NCBI GenBank assembly: GCA_048429085.1
Contig: DBFOPE010000211.1
Coordinates: 1-57,638, forward strand
Source of the DNA: Collinsella sp.
Lineage (GTDB): Bacteria > Actinomycetota > Coriobacteriia > Coriobacteriales > Coriobacteriaceae
Direction: 5' to 3'
Length of the DNA: 57,638 nt
Numbering within the stretch: position 1 is the stretch's first letter; the number at the start of each line of letters is the position of its first letter. This document shows, piece after piece, positions 11,017 to 20,093 of the stretch. The notes under the pieces were generated by a model that did no database searches, was not told the DNA's origin, and saw nothing but the letters and a program-made list of their open reading frames with translations. The position numbers and the translations under genes were made by a program.

Positions 11017-11559
11017 TTACTCGTGAACGATCTCGACGTGGACGATCTCGTCGCCGGCACGCAGCTGCGAAATCACATCGAGACCCTCGACCGTGGTGCC
11101 AAAGACGGTGTAGCCGGAGTCGAGGTTATGCTGGGCGCCCAGGCAAAAGTAGAACTGCGAACCTGCGGAATCGGGATCCATGGAACGTGCCATGGCAAGC
11201 GCGCCGTCGACGTGGCTGTTACGCGGGTTGGTAGCGAACTCGCCCTTGATGCAGTAGCCGGGGCCGCCGGTACCGGGCATGCCGTCGGGGCCCTCAAGGC
11301 CGGCGGCGACATCGGCGCCGGACATATCGCGCGTATTGGGGTCGCCGCCCTGGATCACAAAACCGGGCACATAGCGATGGAACTTAAGGCCGTCGTAAAA
11401 ACCCATCGTGGAAAGCTCGCAGAAGTTCGCCACGTGGATGGGGGCGCCCTCGCCGTCAAACTTGACCTTGATGGTGCCCTTCGACGTCTCGATCACCGCG
11501 CACTCATCGCCGGCAAGCTGATACTCGGGCGTGTAGAGCTCTTTCTTAAAACCAAACAT
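11017..11559 (-). CDS. Cyclophilin-type peptidyl-prolyl isomerase
   Basis: FYDGLKFHR, FVIQGGDP, AMARS, SAGSQFY, YTVFG; start placed at MFGFKK after a GAGGAAGG RBS. Confidence 0.93.
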   Translation of the reverse strand: MFGFKKELYTPEYQLAGDECAVIETSKGTIKVKFDGEGAPIHVANFCELSTMGFYDGLKFHRYVPGFVIQGGDPNTRDMSGADVAAGLEGPDGMPGTGGPGYCIKGEFATNPRNSHVDGALAMARSMDPDSAGSQFYFCLGAQHNLDSGYTVFGTTVEGLDVISQLRAGDEIVHVEIVHE

Positions 11560-11664
11560 GTGGTTCCTTCCTCGTGCGTTTAAAGCATATTTGGTCAAAT
11601 TGTAGCAATAAGCACGGGCTTCCATCAATTGCGCACGCAGGTTATGCCGCCGGAGGGCAACAAA

Positions 11665-12819
11665 TTACGAACGTTGCTGCGGTCTCCATGCGCTCACGTT
11701 GGCGTCGTACTGGTTAAGCGCGCTGTTGCCGCCTTGTGCGATGGGCGCCAGGATCTCGCTCTGACGGGCGCTCAGCGACTCGCCGTCGGGAATGGACAGC
11801 GAGATATCCCAGCTCTGGCAGATCACGTCGACACGCTCGTACATCCACTGGGCAAGCTGCTTTAGATGATCGATGTCCTCCGCATAGACGGTGTCGTCCT
11901 GAACCTTGAGGTTATTGAGCTCATCCTGGGTCTTTTTAATCTGATCGCGCAGGGCATAAGCGCTCTGCGACAACTCCTGGCGGGTGGAGAGCGGCGTACG
12001 CAGATAGCCGTTATTAAACGAATCGATGACCTCGCCGATCTGATCATCGTCGCTGTACGACACGATGGTCTGGTACAGGCCATCGAGCCTGGCGTAGAGC
12101 TGGTCGTCGGTTAAGACGGTCTCCTCCTGAACGACCTCGGACGCATCCTCTTGCTTGGACTCTTTCTCGGTGGCCTCGCCCTTTTGGCGCGACGGGAAGG
12201 TGGTCTTGGCGGCCCGGCCAAACTGTTCGTAGAAGCCGGGCATGACGCCCATAGGATCGGCAGTCACAAACCAATACGCACCACCGCACACGGCGGCGAG
12301 CACCGCGATGACGATAAGCGGTTTGGGGATATGGCGCTTGTGCTTGTGATAGGCATCCTCGTCGGGATGGACCTTGCGCTTGGCCTTTTGCTTTTTGGGC
12401 TGGACATCATCGCGCAGGGACACCGGTGTGGGGATATCGACCTTGGGGATGCCAAAGTCCTTATCGAAGGCAGGCAGCACGCAGGTCTCGTTGGGGTCGG
12501 CGGCATCCGAGAGCACCGCGGCGGCAGAGGCCGGCGCATGGGGCACCTCGGTATCGATCTGCTCCTGCGTCAAGCGCGGAAAGCCGGCCGTGCGGCCTGC
12601 TGCCAGATCGGATGCAGCCGCGTCTTTGGAAAGGATGCCCGGGGCGGGGCGCCCGCACTTGGGACAGGTGCGATCATGCGGGGACAGGCGTGCGCCACAA
12701 CCATCGCAGAATACGAACTCGGTATGCTCGGGACCGTCGCCCGGACCAACGTATGCGTTGCAATAGGGGCAGAACGAGGAGCCGTCCTCTATGGTCTTAA
12801 GGCAATGCGGGCAGATCAC
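11665..12819 (-). CDS. Double zinc-ribbon membrane protein
   Basis: CPHC..CPYC and CDGC..CPKC pairs, central TM helix; GTG start after AAGAGG. Confidence 0.7.
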   Translation of the reverse strand: MICPHCLKTIEDGSSFCPYCNAYVGPGDGPEHTEFVFCDGCGARLSPHDRTCPKCGRPAPGILSKDAAASDLAAGRTAGFPRLTQEQIDTEVPHAPASAAAVLSDAADPNETCVLPAFDKDFGIPKVDIPTPVSLRDDVQPKKQKAKRKVHPDEDAYHKHKRHIPKPLIVIAVLAAVCGGAYWFVTADPMGVMPGFYEQFGRAAKTTFPSRQKGEATEKESKQEDASEVVQEETVLTDDQLYARLDGLYQTIVSYSDDDQIGEVIDSFNNGYLRTPLSTRQELSQSAYALRDQIKKTQDELNNLKVQDDTVYAEDIDHLKQLAQWMYERVDVICQSWDISLSIPDGESLSARQSEILAPIAQGGNSALNQYDANVSAWRPQQRS

Positions 12820-12927
12820 GGCTTCCTCTTTTCGGAGCAATTCATACAGTCGAAGTAAGAGCATAGCATCGCCACGCCCCCACAGGGGCAAGGCACCAAT
12901 TCAACATCGCCAGGGTAGTCTTTTTGG

Positions 12928-13010
12928 GGGGATGATTTTTCTGGGACGGGGATTAAAAAATCATTGTGTACCTAATGATTTTTTAATCCCGTCCCAGAAA
13001 AATCATCCCC
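12928..13010. repeat. Long intergenic palindrome (REP/MITE-like)
   Basis: 37-38 bp arms GGGGATGATTTTTCTGGGACGGG(G)ATTAAAAAATCATT and complement, 8-nt loop; 18 bp of one arm recur at 57440-57457. Confidence 0.85.
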
Positions 13011-13023
13011 GGGGCAACTGGGG

Positions 13024-15774
13024 CTAGGCCTTCTTTGCAGGCTTTTTCTTTTTGCTCGGCATCGAGACCTTAATGCCCTGGGCGGACTTGGTCACCTGCG
13101 AACGTTTGGTGCCCGCACCTTTCTTTTTCTTGGGCTGGGCCTTTTCCACACCCTCGAGCGTGCGAACCTCGGCCTCGCGAGCGGTGCGCTCCTCACGGCG
13201 CTGCGCCATATCGGCGGCGACGCGCTTGGCAAAACGCTGGGCCGTCGAGCCCGTCGAGCTCACCTTGCCGCCACCGCGACCCAGACGGACGCGAACGCCA
13301 CGGCCAAAGCCAGTGGCAGCATGGCGACGGCGCGGCTTAAGCGAATCCATCATCGTGGCGAGCTTAAAGAACACCGTGCAGGTAAAGACGACGATCGCCA
13401 GCAAGATAACGGCCTCGCCCGTCGAAAGATTAGCGATGGACAGCAGCTCCGGGAATCCGATAACACCCGCCAAGATGCCGACGACGACAAATACAAAGAG
13501 CACCACGCGCAAGGGAGTGAGCGGCTGTGAGATGCGCCAGATCAGGCTCACGCTCGCCGCACACGACGTAAGCAGGCACATGGTCGAAAGCGTGAGCTGG
13601 TTAAAGCCAAACACGCGCGCCACAAAGATATCGAGCGCCGCAGCCATAATAACCGCCAGCGACGCCGGCAGCGCACGCTTGAGCACGTTGGTCAAGAATG
13701 ACCCCTTCACGCGGGCGTTGTTGGGCTCCAAACCCAGCACAAAGCCCGGCGCGCCGATGCAGAAGAAATTGATGAGCGTCATCTGGATCGGCTCGAAGGG
13801 ATACGGCGGAAACGCGATACACAGTGCCGCCAAGCCCATCGAGAACAGCGTCTTGGTCAGAAACAGCGCCGCAGAGCGCTGCAGGTTGTTGATGGAGCGA
13901 CGGCCCTCGGCCACCACGGCGGGCATCGAGGCAAAATCGTTGTCGACCAGCACGATTTCGGCCACGTTGCGCGCGGCATCGGAACCGGCGGCCATGGCCA
14001 CGGAACAGTCGGCTTCCTTGAGCGCCAGCACGTCGTTGACGCCGTCGCCCGTCATGGCAACGGTATGGTCGCGACGCTTGAGCGCCTGCACGAGTTCGCG
14101 CTTCTGTTGCGGGGTCACGCGACCAAAGACGTGATAGCGGTCAACCGCCGCATCAATCTTGGACGGCGTATCGAGCGTCGTGGCGTCGACGTAGGCATCG
14201 GCCCCCGGAACGCCCACCACGCGCGCAATCGACGACACCGTGCGTGGGTCGTCGCCGCTGATCACGTTGAGGGTCACGCCCTGCTCGTTAAAGTAGCCGA
14301 TGGTCTCGGCGGCCGAGGAGCGGATCTCATCGCGAATGGTCACAAAGCCCACAGGCTCTGCCTCGCCCAACATATCGCCGTCGGGCGTAAAGCCATCCAC
14401 ACGGGCCACCACAAGCACGCGGCAGGTATCGGCGAGCTCGGCCACACGGTTCTCGACCTGCGCAAAGGCGCGCTCCGAAAGCACAAATTGCGCCGCGCCC
14501 ATCACATAGGAGCCCTGCGAAAACGACGCACCGCTCCACTTTTTGGACGACGAGAACGGAATGACAGACAGCGGCTCGGAAACCTCGACCGGGCGGTCAG
14601 CGTAATAGTTGAGCAGCGCCTGACAGGTCTCGTTGGCGTCTGCCGAGGTGGCACGCGCCACGTTGGCAAGCGCAAAATCGAGGACCGTGGTCTCGACGGG
14701 GACAGCTGCCTCGTCCGAGTCCGCGCCAAAGCCAACGCCCTCAACAGGCAGCGGGTAGGTACCCTCGACCTCCATACGGCCCGAGGTAATGGTGCCCGTC
14801 TTGTCCAGGCACAGCACGTCGACGCGCGCGAGCGTCTCGATACAGTAGAGCTGCTGCGCGAGTACCTTGCGGCGCGCCAGACGCACCGTGGCGATGGCAA
14901 GCACCGACGAAGTCAGCAGCACCAGGCCCTGCGGAATCATGCCCAAAAGAGCGCCCACCGTAGACAGCAGCGCCGACGAAGGCACGCGACCGGCAAGCAG
15001 CTCGGAAAAACACCACGAAAGCGCGCTATCGCCCGGCGTACCGGCGGCATCCCACAGCTCGCTCACACTCGAGGCAAAGAGCGGCAGGCCGAGCGGAATC
15101 ATAATGAGGCTCGCAAAGCGCACGATGGCGTTGAGCGCATTCATGATCTCGGAATTGACCTTTTTGACGTACTTGGCCTCGTTGTTGATCTTGGCCACGT
15201 AGTTGTCGGCGCCAACATGGATCACGCGGGCGCGCAGCAGGCCCGAGTCGATAAAGCTGCCGCTCATGAGCTCGGAGCCGGGCTGCTTTTTGATGAGATC
15301 GCTCTCGCCCGTCAGCAGGCTCTCGTTCACGAGTGCCTCACCCGACACCACCACGGCGTCGGCGGGAATCTGGTCGCCGCGCCCCAGGCGAATGATATCG
15401 TCGAGCACGATCTGGTCCAGGTCGAGCTCTACCTCGGCGCCGTCGCGCACCGCGATGGCCTTCTTAGAGGTGAGCAGCGTAAGCTTATCGACCATCCGCT
15501 TGGAGCGCATGGACTGGATGACGCCAATTGCCGTGTTCAAGAACACCACGAACAGGAACGTCAGGTTCTTAAACGAACCGGTCAGCAACACCAAAATCGC
15601 CATAACCACGTTGATCAAGTTAAACAGCGTGCAGAGGTTCTCGATGATGAGCTCGCGGACCGACTTGGTCTTGAGTTCCATGTTGCGGTTGATCTTACCG
15701 GCGGCGATGCGCTCCTCGACCTCGGCGGTCGAGAGTCCGTGCTCGATATCCGTTGCTGCCATACCTTGTCCCAT
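13024..15774 (-). CDS. P-type cation-transporting ATPase (CtpE-like)
   Basis: LTGES, DKTGT, TGDGVND motifs; start position uncertain. Confidence 0.92.
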   Translation of the reverse strand: MGQGMAATDIEHGLSTAEVEERIAAGKINRNMELKTKSVRELIIENLCTLFNLINVVMAILVLLTGSFKNLTFLFVVFLNTAIGVIQSMRSKRMVDKLTLLTSKKAIAVRDGAEVELDLDQIVLDDIIRLGRGDQIPADAVVVSGEALVNESLLTGESDLIKKQPGSELMSGSFIDSGLLRARVIHVGADNYVAKINNEAKYVKKVNSEIMNALNAIVRFASLIMIPLGLPLFASSVSELWDAAGTPGDSALSWCFSELLAGRVPSSALLSTVGALLGMIPQGLVLLTSSVLAIATVRLARRKVLAQQLYCIETLARVDVLCLDKTGTITSGRMEVEGTYPLPVEGVGFGADSDEAAVPVETTVLDFALANVARATSADANETCQALLNYYADRPVEVSEPLSVIPFSSSKKWSGASFSQGSYVMGAAQFVLSERAFAQVENRVAELADTCRVLVVARVDGFTPDGDMLGEAEPVGFVTIRDEIRSSAAETIGYFNEQGVTLNVISGDDPRTVSSIARVVGVPGADAYVDATTLDTPSKIDAAVDRYHVFGRVTPQQKRELVQALKRRDHTVAMTGDGVNDVLALKEADCSVAMAAGSDAARNVAEIVLVDNDFASMPAVVAEGRRSINNLQRSAALFLTKTLFSMGLAALCIAFPPYPFEPIQMTLINFFCIGAPGFVLGLEPNNARVKGSFLTNVLKRALPASLAVIMAAALDIFVARVFGFNQLTLSTMCLLTSCAASVSLIWRISQPLTPLRVVLFVFVVVGILAGVIGFPELLSIANLSTGEAVILLAIVVFTCTVFFKLATMMDSLKPRRRHAATGFGRGVRVRLGRGGGKVSSTGSTAQRFAKRVAADMAQRREERTAREAEVRTLEGVEKAQPKKKKGAGTKRSQVTKSAQGIKVSMPSKKKKPAKKA

Positions 15775-15790
15775 CACGTCGCGTCGGTAT

Positions 15791-15829
15791 AAGAAAACCG
15801 CCCGGACCATGCGAGGTTCGGACGGTCTT
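15791..15829 (-). terminator. Likely native terminator of tRNA-Arg, displaced to the left prophage junction
   Basis: Minus-strand hairpin AAGACCGTCCGAACC-TCGCAT-GGTCCGGGCGGTTTT plus CTT, about 10 nt beyond the att core. Confidence 0.65.
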
Positions 15830-15838
15830 ACGTTCGAG

Positions 15839-15846
15839 GGTGCCCC
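15839..15846 (+). other. Left att junction core GGTGCCCC
   Basis: Identical to 51630-51637 (tRNA 3' end); sits at the host/phage gene-content boundary. Confidence 0.8.
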
Positions 15847-15938
15847 GTCTGCCTAGATTCTAGAACCGAGATCTGTGCCGTTGGGACCGTCGTGCTGCTC
15901 AGGATACCACGGGCGGCGTAGCAACACCTTTTCTCGAG

Positions 15939-15968
15939 AAAAAACCCGCCCGGGATAACCCGAGCGGG
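15939..15968 (-). terminator. Intrinsic terminator of the lysis operon
   Basis: Minus-strand CCCGCTCGGG-TTAT-CCCGGGCGGG followed by T6. Confidence 0.8.
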
Positions 15969-15974
15969 CCGCGG

Positions 15975-16064
15975 CTAGCGCCCGTTGATGCTCACGAGGC
16001 ACAGGCCGATTGTCGCCACGGTGCCGCCGAAGAGCGCGCCGAGGACGAAAGCCAGCGCGATCAT
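15975..16064 (-). CDS. Small membrane peptide (DUF3789-like), 29 aa
   Basis: Own translation [29 protein letters not shown]; starts 1 nt after the endolysin stop. Confidence 0.6.
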   Translation of the reverse strand: MIALAFVLGALFGGTVATIGLCLVSINGR

Positions 16065-16065
16065 G

Positions 16066-17130
16066 CTAGTACGGGTTGCCGTCGGTGACGCAGACTTGGA
16101 GTCGGTCGAGCGGCTCGCCGTAGAAACCGGCGTAGTCGTCGCCGCCGTAGGTGGAGCCGTCGTCGCACACGGTGTCGAGCCATCCGGCGCGCGCGGTGGT
16201 CTGCGAGCGATACCACGCCTGCTTGTACTCCTCGCCGCCCGGGGTCACGTAGTACATGCGCACGCCGTCGATGGTGTGGCCGGCGATGCCGGCGCAACCG
16301 TTCACGGTATCGTTGCGGTCGCCCTTGGAAACATAGTCAAGCCAGCCGTCCTCGATGGTGTGGACCTGATACTTGAGCGTGCCGCGATCGACTCGGGCGC
16401 AAAGGAGGTCGTGCTGTCGGCACGGGTAGCCCGCGAAGCCGTTGTCCCCGGCGCCGAAGTCGGTCACCTCGTCCAGCCAGCCGCCGCCCTTGAGGTGGAG
16501 GGAGTAGTGGACGGGGATGCGCTTGCCAGATGCCTTCGTGAAGCCGCCGGATGCCGCCTGAGAGGGCTTTGCCGCGGCAGGCTTAGCGGCGGTGGAGGGG
16601 GCGGGTGCCTTGCCGCCCTTCATCGCGTCATACCACGCCTGAGCGCGCTGCATGTAATGGTCGCGCTGGGAGCCCGCAAGCTCGCCGGGGCAGGCCGTGG
16701 CGCTCCAGTAGCGGTGCGGGAACACGTTCTTGCACCACTCGGGGCGACCGAGGCCGTAGTACAGGCACAGGGCCGCGACAAGGTGAGCGCCGCTCTCGAT
16801 TGCCTTCTCGTGGACGGTCCACGGGTTGCTGCCGCTGTTGGCGTGCTCAATCGAGATGGTCGTGTCGTTACCGCGTCCGGTGCCGATCCCGTCGCCGCAG
16901 GCGTAGGCGCGGTCGGTGTCGTTGACGTGCTGCACGATGTGGCCGTTGCGGTCGACCGAGTAGTGGGCAGAACAGCCGTTGACACCCCAGATGCCGTTGC
17001 ACTGGCCGGCGTTGAGGTCGCCGGCCATGTGGTGGATGGTCACGCCCTTGATGCCGAACGGGCGGCCTGCGGAGAAGTTGCGCCCCAGAAGCTTGTACTC
17101 GTCCGGCTGGACGTTCGCGAAGTCTGCCAT
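16066..17130 (-). CDS. Endolysin: N-acetylmuramoyl-L-alanine amidase with C-terminal cell-wall-binding repeats
   Basis: TIHH, SAHY, ISIEH and PH...TACPG amidase_2 motifs; Pro/Ala linker; repeated GWLD motifs. Confidence 0.9.
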   Translation of the reverse strand: MADFANVQPDEYKLLGRNFSAGRPFGIKGVTIHHMAGDLNAGQCNGIWGVNGCSAHYSVDRNGHIVQHVNDTDRAYACGDGIGTGRGNDTTISIEHANSGSNPWTVHEKAIESGAHLVAALCLYYGLGRPEWCKNVFPHRYWSATACPGELAGSQRDHYMQRAQAWYDAMKGGKAPAPSTAAKPAAAKPSQAASGGFTKASGKRIPVHYSLHLKGGGWLDEVTDFGAGDNGFAGYPCRQHDLLCARVDRGTLKYQVHTIEDGWLDYVSKGDRNDTVNGCAGIAGHTIDGVRMYYVTPGGEEYKQAWYRSQTTARAGWLDTVCDDGSTYGGDDYAGFYGEPLDRLQVCVTDGNPY

Positions 17131-17131
17131 G

Positions 17132-17437
17132 TTAGTCCTCCTTGATGTCGCCGAGCGCCAGCAGGGCGTCCAGCCATTTGTCCGTGATGCCGACCGATTT
17201 GAAGGCCGCGTAGGCCACCTGCACGCCGCCGACAGCGGCGAAGATGGACGTGACCCACGCCGAGGGTTCGGTCGGGACGCCGCCCGACATGGCCGTGAGG
17301 GCGCCGCATCCCGCCGAGACGGCGATGGCCGTCCAGCGGGCGACGTTGCCCGTCATCGCCTTCGTCTTGATGGCCTGCACGATGTACGGCACGACCAGGA
17401 CCGTGCACACCGTGAGGCCCGCCTGGATCTCATTCAT
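17132..17437 (-). CDS. Holin
   Basis: Small protein with 2-3 TM segments directly upstream of the endolysin. Confidence 0.75.
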   Translation of the reverse strand: MNEIQAGLTVCTVLVVPYIVQAIKTKAMTGNVARWTAIAVSAGCGALTAMSGGVPTEPSAWVTSIFAAVGGVQVAYAAFKSVGITDKWLDALLALGDIKED

Positions 17438-17447
17438 TCGATTGCTC

Positions 17448-17861
17448 CTATCTGTCGGATTCCTTGCTGTAGATAAGGTCGACGCGGTCGCAGATGTGGT
17501 CGACCTTCTCGGCCATCCCCTGGCTCCTCGCCTGGCTGTGCGCCAAGTCCGCGTGCAAGACCTCGTTGGACGCCACGACGGACTCCATGAGCGTCTTCAT
17601 CGCCTCCATGAGCGAGTTGCTGCGTTCCATTTGCGCGGCGATGCGGCCCTCCATCTGCGAGCGTTCGCGGTCCCGCTGCGCGCGCTCGTCGACCTCGGCC
17701 TGCTTGCGCTCCTCGCGCTTCATGTCGATGCCGGCCTTGCGTTCGTTCTGCCTTTTGTATTCATCCAAAAACTGACGGCCGAAGTAGAACGCTATGAGGC
17801 CGAGAAGGACGCCACCGAGCCATCCCGGTCCGTAAGGCGCAAAAAGTTTGAGCGCTTCCAT
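17448..17861 (-). CDS. Membrane-anchored coiled-coil protein (holin-like or lysis accessory)
   Basis: Start MEALKLF after AAGGAGG; one N-terminal TM, then coiled coil. Confidence 0.6.
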   Translation of the reverse strand: MEALKLFAPYGPGWLGGVLLGLIAFYFGRQFLDEYKRQNERKAGIDMKREERKQAEVDERAQRDRERSQMEGRIAAQMERSNSLMEAMKTLMESVVASNEVLHADLAHSQARSQGMAEKVDHICDRVDLIYSKESDR

Positions 17862-17881
17862 CCCGAGCGCCCTCCTTCCGC

Positions 17882-18049
17882 CTATTCGGCCGCGTACTCC
17901 TCGCCGGTGATCTCCTTGTACTCGTCGGCGGTGATCCACTTGCACTCGACGGCCTTATGTACTCGCGCCTTTGTCCAAAGAGATCGGTCGTAGTACTTCT
18001 TGACGAGCGCGAAGTGCTTGGAATGCCCGTCGGTCTTCTTCGTCGGCAT
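17882..18049 (-). CDS. XkdX-family small phage protein
   Basis: Own translation MPTKKTDGHSKHFALVKKYYDRSLWTKARVHKAVECKWITADEYKEITGEEYAAE. Confidence 0.8.
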   Translation of the reverse strand: MPTKKTDGHSKHFALVKKYYDRSLWTKARVHKAVECKWITADEYKEITGEEYAAE

Positions 18050-18375
18050 TACTGGTCACCTCCGACCGTCATGAGCAGGTAGTCGATGTTCGCCGTGTTC
18101 TGCTCGGTCTGCGTCGGCTTCGACGCCTGCTCGCGCATCTGGCCGAGCAGCGCCGATACGTCGGGCGTCTCGCCTCTGTCGTAGGCGGCGAGCGCCGCGG
18201 TGTAGGCGAGCTTTCGCGCCTTCCGCTCAGCGTACTCGTCATCGTCGATAACGCCCGCGTCGTACGCCGCGTCGGGGTCGCCGATCTGCGACAGCAGATC
18301 GCGCAGGGCGTTGACCTCGGCCATGGTGCCATCTTGAAGCTCGTTGGGGCGCGGCGTGTCTTCCTCAGTGTCCAT
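18049..18375 (-). CDS. Hypothetical phage protein preceding XkdX
   Basis: AAAGGAG RBS; C-terminal EQNTANIDYLLM typical of genes upstream of XkdX. Confidence 0.65.
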   Translation of the reverse strand: MDTEEDTPRPNELQDGTMAEVNALRDLLSQIGDPDAAYDAGVIDDDEYAERKARKLAYTAALAAYDRGETPDVSALLGQMREQASKPTQTEQNTANIDYLLMTVGGDQ

Positions 18376-18408
18376 GCGGACTCCTTTCTTGTCGGGGAAT
18401 GTGCCGCC

Positions 18409-18430
18409 ATCGTATTAGCGCCGTGAGATT
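18409..18430 (-). promoter_or_regulatory. Putative phage late promoter (AATCTCAC-N8-TACGAT)
   Basis: Same motif and spacing recur at 33444-33465 and 38125-38146, each at an operon head. Confidence 0.55.
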
Positions 18431-18493
18431 GCCGAGCCGCTTTGATGGGCGCAAAGGAAGAAGGCGCGCCGCAGCACGCCTTCGATGCTTCTG

Positions 18494-19738
18494 TTATTTC
18501 GCAGCCGCTTCGCTTAGGCCGCTGCTTTGAGTTGCCGGTTCTCCGCTATTGCGAGGGCTTGCTTCCGCTTGAATCGTCCCTCTGTTTGGCCTGCATTGAG
18601 CACCCCCCCCCTGCGCGAGATTTCCGAACAGGCTGCGGTACAGCGCGTCCATGGCCCGCACGCTGCGGTGCGCGTCTAGCCGCTTCATGCCTCCGCGCCA
18701 GCTCTGGTAGCTCTGCTCCACCTGCTCGGGGGTCATGATGCCATCGGCGACCATGCGGGCCATCTTCTTGAGCTTGCGGCGCTCCCGCGTTATGGAGTCT
18801 CGGCACGGCTTCACGACTATGCGGCCCGTCTCCGTGTAGAAGATGCGCTTCTTCAGCCACGTGAACCCGCGCGTGAGCTTCACCACGCGCGTCTTGCGCT
18901 GGTTCAGCTCGATGCCCAGCTCGGCGCATTTGCCCTCTATCAGCAGCAGGCACACCTGCAAGTAGTCCTTGGACTCGTGTATCAGGTAGAAGTCGTCCAT
19001 ATATCGACCGTAGGCCTCGGGGCGCAGCATCTCGGTCACAAAGTGGTCGATGCGGTTGGGGTGGGCCACGGCGCATATCTGGTTCGGCTCGCTGCCCAGC
19101 CCCAGGCCCACATCGCCCTGCGCGTCTATCAGGCGGTGCTCCAAGGCGACCACGCGCGGATCTAGCAGCGCGGAGGCCACCTGGTCTTTGACGGGTTGGT
19201 GCGCTATGCGCGCGAAGTAGTCGGAGAAGTCGCCCAGGAGGATGTAGCCCTCGCGGCCGCGCCGCCTCCAGTGGTCGGCCAGGTGGCGCTTGAGCAGCTT
19301 CAGGGCGTAGTCGGTGCCGCGCCCCTTTATGTTCGCGGAGTTGGCGGCTATGAGGGTGGGCACGATCGCGGGCACGAGCGCGTTTTGTGCCAGGGACTTC
19401 TGTACCACGCGCTCGGGGAAGTGCACGGCACTGATATGGCGCAGCTTTCCGCGCTCCCACAGGTCGAACCGTATGAAGCCCCGGCATATGTCGCGCCCCT
19501 CCAAAAGGTCGCGGCGGGACAGGACGGCGTTGCGCAGGTAGCTTCTCATGTATCGCTGCGTGGATGCCTTCCACATCACGCCGCGCGCGGCCTGCTTCGA
19601 TGCCTTGCACAGGCTGTTGAGGTCGGCCACGGTATCAAGCGTGCACGCCTTGACGCGCTCGGCATTGGCCTGCGCGCGCTTCTCCTCGCGGCGCTTGCGG
19701 CGCGCCGCCCGCCTTTGCTCGGAGTTCACAGGAGGCAC
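18494..19738 (-). CDS. DGR reverse transcriptase (Brt-like)
   Basis: LRHISAVHFPERVVQ, GDFSDYF, GLGLGSEPNQ and YGRYMDDF motifs; immediately downstream of TR; no maturase or endonuclease domain. Confidence 0.93.
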   Translation of the reverse strand: MPPVNSEQRRAARRKRREEKRAQANAERVKACTLDTVADLNSLCKASKQAARGVMWKASTQRYMRSYLRNAVLSRRDLLEGRDICRGFIRFDLWERGKLRHISAVHFPERVVQKSLAQNALVPAIVPTLIAANSANIKGRGTDYALKLLKRHLADHWRRRGREGYILLGDFSDYFARIAHQPVKDQVASALLDPRVVALEHRLIDAQGDVGLGLGSEPNQICAVAHPNRIDHFVTEMLRPEAYGRYMDDFYLIHESKDYLQVCLLLIEGKCAELGIELNQRKTRVVKLTRGFTWLKKRIFYTETGRIVVKPCRDSITRERRKLKKMARMVADGIMTPEQVEQSYQSWRGGMKRLDAHRSVRAMDALYRSLFGNLAQGGGAQCRPNRGTIQAEASPRNSGEPATQSSGLSEAAAK

Positions 19739-19941
19739 CCCGCGCGGCTTGCAATGTGGCTCTGGCAGCCGCTTGAGGTATGGCCATGAAACGCGGCGAA
19801 GCCACGGAGCGCCGCGCCATGCAAGCAGCGTCCGGCCACCCTCGCGGGGTGCGTATTTACGGGCGCATGCCCGACGGTCGCGCCTTCCTTCCTCTTCGCG
19901 CTCTGCTTTCGGCTCTGGGGCCTACTCGGTCTGGCAATAAG

Positions 19942-20070
19942 GGAATCCGGGGCGGGGGCGAACCCAGACGTTCGTCGCCGAGTTGTAGTTGGCATTGCCG
20001 TTGTTGTTGACATAGCACACGTTGGACGCGGAGCCCGACGCAACGGAACGCAGCCACCAATTGTACCGAT
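19942..20070 (-). ncRNA. DGR template repeat (TR)
   Basis: 129-bp copy of 20680-20808; 24 adenines, 9 AAY codons in the target frame; lies between avd and RT. Confidence 0.95.
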
Positions 20071-20093
20071 AAACAAGGCGCGACCGCCGTCCA

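Noticed and set aside
831..15792. Long plus-strand ORFs opposite host genes (831-2291, 2328-3824, 14065-15792), and minus-strand ORFs 52691-54895 and 54991-56583
   Set aside because: Antisense shadows of well-supported genes caused by GC3 bias
18494..19738. RT as a group II intron, retron or Abi RT
   Set aside because: No maturase or endonuclease domain and no retron VTG motif; the adjacent TR/VR pair with A-only mismatches and avd identifies a DGR
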